In this document: positions 60,655 to 64,000 of the stretch, piece by piece
Layout: each line of letters begins with the position of its first letter
Numbering within the stretch: the stretch's first letter is position 1
Assembly: GCF_032191835.1 (NCBI RefSeq)
Contig: NC_083237.1
Coordinates: forward strand, 22,630,001-22,694,000
Source: Heteronotia binoei
Taxonomy: Eukaryota
Direction of reading: 5' to 3'
Length of the DNA stretch: 64,000 nt
Program-made: the position numbers and the translations under genes
Notes under the pieces: model-generated
Databases searched by the model: none
Told to the model about the DNA's origin: nothing
The model's input: only the letters and a program-made list of their open reading frames with translations

Positions 60655-61162
60655 GTCAAGATAAAGGAACAGCCTCCCGGTCGGAAGAAGGCACCCCTGG
60701 ATTCCGCAGAGGATGACAAGGAAGAGGACGACGACAGCCTCGAGGTTGGCCAGACGCCTTTGGACAAGAGGGAGCTGCTCGAAGGGATGGTGGATTTAGT
60801 GCAGCCCGGCGAGACGGTGGCCAGAGCTATCCAAAGGCTTGGAGACAAGGGTGGGACCAAGAGCACTGGGCGCCAGCGGAGGCCCTGGAGCCGCCTGAAG
60901 GCAGAGGAGGCGGAGCCAGTGGAGGAGGGTGATCCCCAGAAGCTGGAGTCCCCTGAGCGGAAAGAGCAGCTGGAGCGCTTGTCGGGGCTGGCAGACCAGA
61001 TGGTGGCGCGAGGGGTCTACGAGATCTACCAGGAGACTCGGGAGAAGCTGGCTTTAAGGCTCCGGGCGTTGGATCATCCTCCTGCAGCGCCTTCCGAACC
61101 CGAATTAGACATGTTTGCTGAGGATATCGATGAAGCAAAGCTGGGGGAGAAGACACCAGTGG
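60655..61162 (+). CDS. CD2BP2: CD2BP2 coding exon 4
   Basis: VKIKEQPPGR...ETVARAIQRLG...LERLSGLADQMVARGVYEIYQETREKLALRL...LDMFAEDI; 508 nt. Confidence 0.95.
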
Positions 61163-61585
61163 GTGAGAGGACGGAGCGGGAAGGCTGATGGCTTGCCTGG
61201 TTAGGGGGAGGGGGAGGAACGGGGCAGCCTTAGAGCTGAAACACATGATCGGGAGAACCGCACAGACAAACGCCTTGCTGAGCCTGTACCACTTCAGACT
61301 ACTGGTGGGGGAGTCAAGTTGGAATGCTTGTTGCAGCATCAAGAAGAGAAGAATGTTGGGGAGAAGGGTTCCGGTGTGGCGTTCTCCCCAACATGCTGTG
61401 TCTCTCTGTGCAAAGAGTCTTCAGGAAGACACTCAGACCTCTGGCTACACCACCAACCCCCCCCCCCCGCCACGTTGTTTGAAGTAGTTCAGCCCGGCAA
61501 TTGTGATTCTCCCGATGGAATGTTCCAGCTCTTTGTCGTTGGGTTTTCAGTGCAGTCGGCAACCTGACATGATAATGTTCTTCAG

Positions 61586-61710
61586 CAGCGGGAGGTCAGG
61601 AGCAACAGCCAGGCAGTGACAACATTCTCTCTGAGGTGATGTGGGAATATAAATGGGAGAACACGAACACATCTGAACTCTATGGCCCCTTTAGCAGTTC
61701 CCAGATGCAG
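61586..61710 (+). CDS. CD2BP2: CD2BP2 coding exon 5 (start of the GYF domain; last exon beyond the window)
   Basis: ...[26 protein letters not shown]; TTCTTCAG acceptor (tandem CAGCAG) and GTAAGA donor. Confidence 0.93.
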
Positions 61711-62271
61711 GTAAGAGCTGAAGGGGGCAGATGAACTGCCATGAATTCTTTTGCTCTTTGTCTCTTCCTCGCTCTCATTTTATATTTATGGTTCGAGTTG
61801 CTTCCACGATCTTCTTGTGTATCCTTATGCTCTCCCCACCTCCCATGCCAGTCGTCTTCCCTTTTTGCTCCTCCATCCATTGGCTGGCTGTTTATTCTGC
61901 TCTTGCTTGTTCTGTCTAATGCGCCACCTTTATGCGCATTCATGCCTCTCATCCTCTGTGATCCCTTTCATCCATTCATTGTTTTTGTTGGTTTGATGTT
62001 GTCATTGCACAGCTTCTGGGGTGGTGCATGCCTTTGTGGCCAGACAGAGCTGTGAAAGGCAAAAGGAGCTTGCCCTCCTTGCAGTGGCCACTTGCCAGTC
62101 CGCACCAAAGATCCCTTTTGTGTGTGTATTTTTGTACTGCATGTGTGTGTTTGAGCACCTGGAAGCCATGACAGCTTCTGGTGACTGACCCCTACTGGGG
62201 ACCTGAGGATATTCAGGGAGGTGACTGAATAAAACCTGCCTCTGTGCTCCCGACTGCTGGTATTCCATGGA

Positions 62272-62362
62272 GGTCTCCCATCCAAGTGCTAATCAAAGGC
62301 AACCCTGCTTAGCTTCCCAGATCTGACAAGATAAGGCTTGCCTAGGCTATCCAGGTCAGGGC
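62272..62362 (-). mobile_element. 5S-derived SINE head or 5S pseudogene fragment
   Basis: GGTCTCCCATCCAAGTGCTAATCAAAGGCAACCCTGCTTAGCTTCCCAGATCTGACAAGAT is the reverse complement of the 5S rRNA core. Confidence 0.75.
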
Positions 62363-63316
62363 TGCACCAGAGATTCTCGAACAGTAATATGATCTGTTGC
62401 TCCAGGAGTAACTGGGGTTTTGGCACTGAAGGATTTTGATGAGTATTACAAGTGCCTTCACTGGCTTCCCTAGATGACTTGGATCTTGTGTATCTTAGAT
62501 GTTTTTCACATGGAGACAGGCTTGTGTAGTTTCCCTGTTGCAGCTGGTAATACAGCACAGTGGCAACAGGGCTTCAACACAGCAGGTTTCTCCCATTTTT
62601 TAAAAAATGTGGAGAGCAGAGAGTGTTGTCGATAAACCAGTACATCAGTACACATATCAGGTTTTCCGAATGACCAACTTCCATTAAAAAGTCTTTCACA
62701 TCGTTCCTTGTGGAGATATGCCTTTTTCCTTATAGCGCCTCAACAAAAGAGGAAGGAGACTGACTTTTTAAAATGAAAGCTGAGAATTCAGGGGACCTGA
62801 TATGCACATTGCTACTGTGGTATATCAGTGAAATTCTATTCAGTTGTGAAAGGCAAATGCCTCGGTGACTGGGTGGGGAAAACAGCTGCTGTATGGGCAA
62901 AAATGGTAAAATTAAAACTTTTGGATTTTGCCACCTGTCTAGGTTTTTCTGTGATCTTTCCCAAAATTTTGGAACTAAGCAGGCTTGGGAAAGATCAGAG
63001 CAAAGATGGAGAAACTCCAGCAGGTATACAAACACACTGCAATGCTGTGAGAAATCGGGGGGGGGGGCACTTTCCAACAACATCAGACTTGGGGCAGATA
63101 ATCCATGTGGAACACCCCCTGTACAGCTAGTCTCTTACTCTGTTTCCACAGCAGTCCCAAAGGTGGACAGTGGGGCAGCATTTAACAAGACAAATTGTAT
63201 TTCAAGTTTGAACCACAGAGAGAGGAAAAGACTAGAGTGTCACACAGAAATGAAGTCCTTGTTGGTCTAAGATTGAACTGGTTTTCCACTCTGACTTTCA
63301 TCACAGGGATGATGGG

Positions 63317-63636
63317 GTAATAATAATAATAATACTTTTTATTTATATCCCGCCCTCCCCGCCAGGGCAGGCTCAGGGCGGCTCACAACATACGAGTATA
63401 AAATTCAATAAAACCATACATAGTAAATCACAATTTCAATAATAAAATCATCATTAAACCATTAACAACAATATTAAAATTAACATTGTGGTGCTATAAC
63501 TTAGGTCTTAATAAAATTCAGTGGCTAAAACATGTCCAGCGAAACTTTCTTGGCTCGGTATTAGGTGAAGGCTAGTTTGAAGAGGTAGGTCTTACAGGCC
63601 CTGCGGAACTGATCTAAACATCGCAGGGCCCGTACT
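63317..63636 (-). mobile_element. LINE 3'-end fragment (L2-like) with an (ATT)n tail
   Basis: (AAT)n, then TTTATTTATATCCCGCCCTCCCC...GGCTCAGGGCGGCTCACAAC. Short related ends at about 11930-12005, 34920-35080 and 36190-36245. Confidence 0.5.
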
Positions 63637-64000
63637 GTTCTGTGTCATAGAGAATCATGGCCAATAGTGACTTTTGATTTTATTGCAAGTTCAGTCTGTG
63701 TCTCTTTCCAGACTGACTCCCCCCCCACCCCCACCCCTATGGTTGGAACATCTAGGCTGCAGATGAAGTAGTGTGGGTAATTCCATCATATTTTTATGGA
63801 ACCGCCTTCCCTCGAAGATTTGTAAGAATGTGTTTTAGGTGTAGTACAATGCTGGCCTGCATGTATTTTTGACAATGTGAACACAGAGTTCATTAGTAGG
63901 AGCAGAATTCAGCTTCCTGGGAAAATCCATTTTAAAGAAAAGCAAGAGGAGAAAAAGCCAAGTTTCTTGCCCATGAAAAACTGTTGATTTTGAATTATTG

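Overview
This is vertebrate genomic DNA from a squamate reptile, probably a gecko (inferred from the Sauria-type SINE, tRNA-SINE, CR1 and hAT-MITE repertoire). It is a draft assembly with two N gaps. The gene content matches part of human 16p11.2: the last two exons of QPRT (+), the complete 7-exon MYL11/MYLPF (-, 170 aa), the complete 9-exon TBC1D10B/EPI64B (+, 811 aa) and five coding exons of CD2BP2 (+, last exon beyond the window). Between TBC1D10B and CD2BP2, where I know of no mammalian gene, lies an intact 206-aa PHETA/Sesquipedalian/IPIP27-family ORF on the - strand. It has a PH domain, coiled coil, OCRL-binding F&H motif and a C-terminal LIDLG, and is the best candidate for an undescribed gene. 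Introns and intergenic DNA hold two young ~2.5-kb CR1 LINEs (each inserted into a hAT MITE, one as a three-level nest), several hAT MITE families with 8-bp TSDs, Sauria, tRNA- and 5S-derived SINEs, and old L1, CR1 and Penelope fragments. Other signals are an 11-copy same-strand CCAAT array, a 40-bp-stem hairpin and a candidate 6-nt microexon. All gene calls come from recognising protein sequence from memory plus GT-AG and phase checks; no database search was run.
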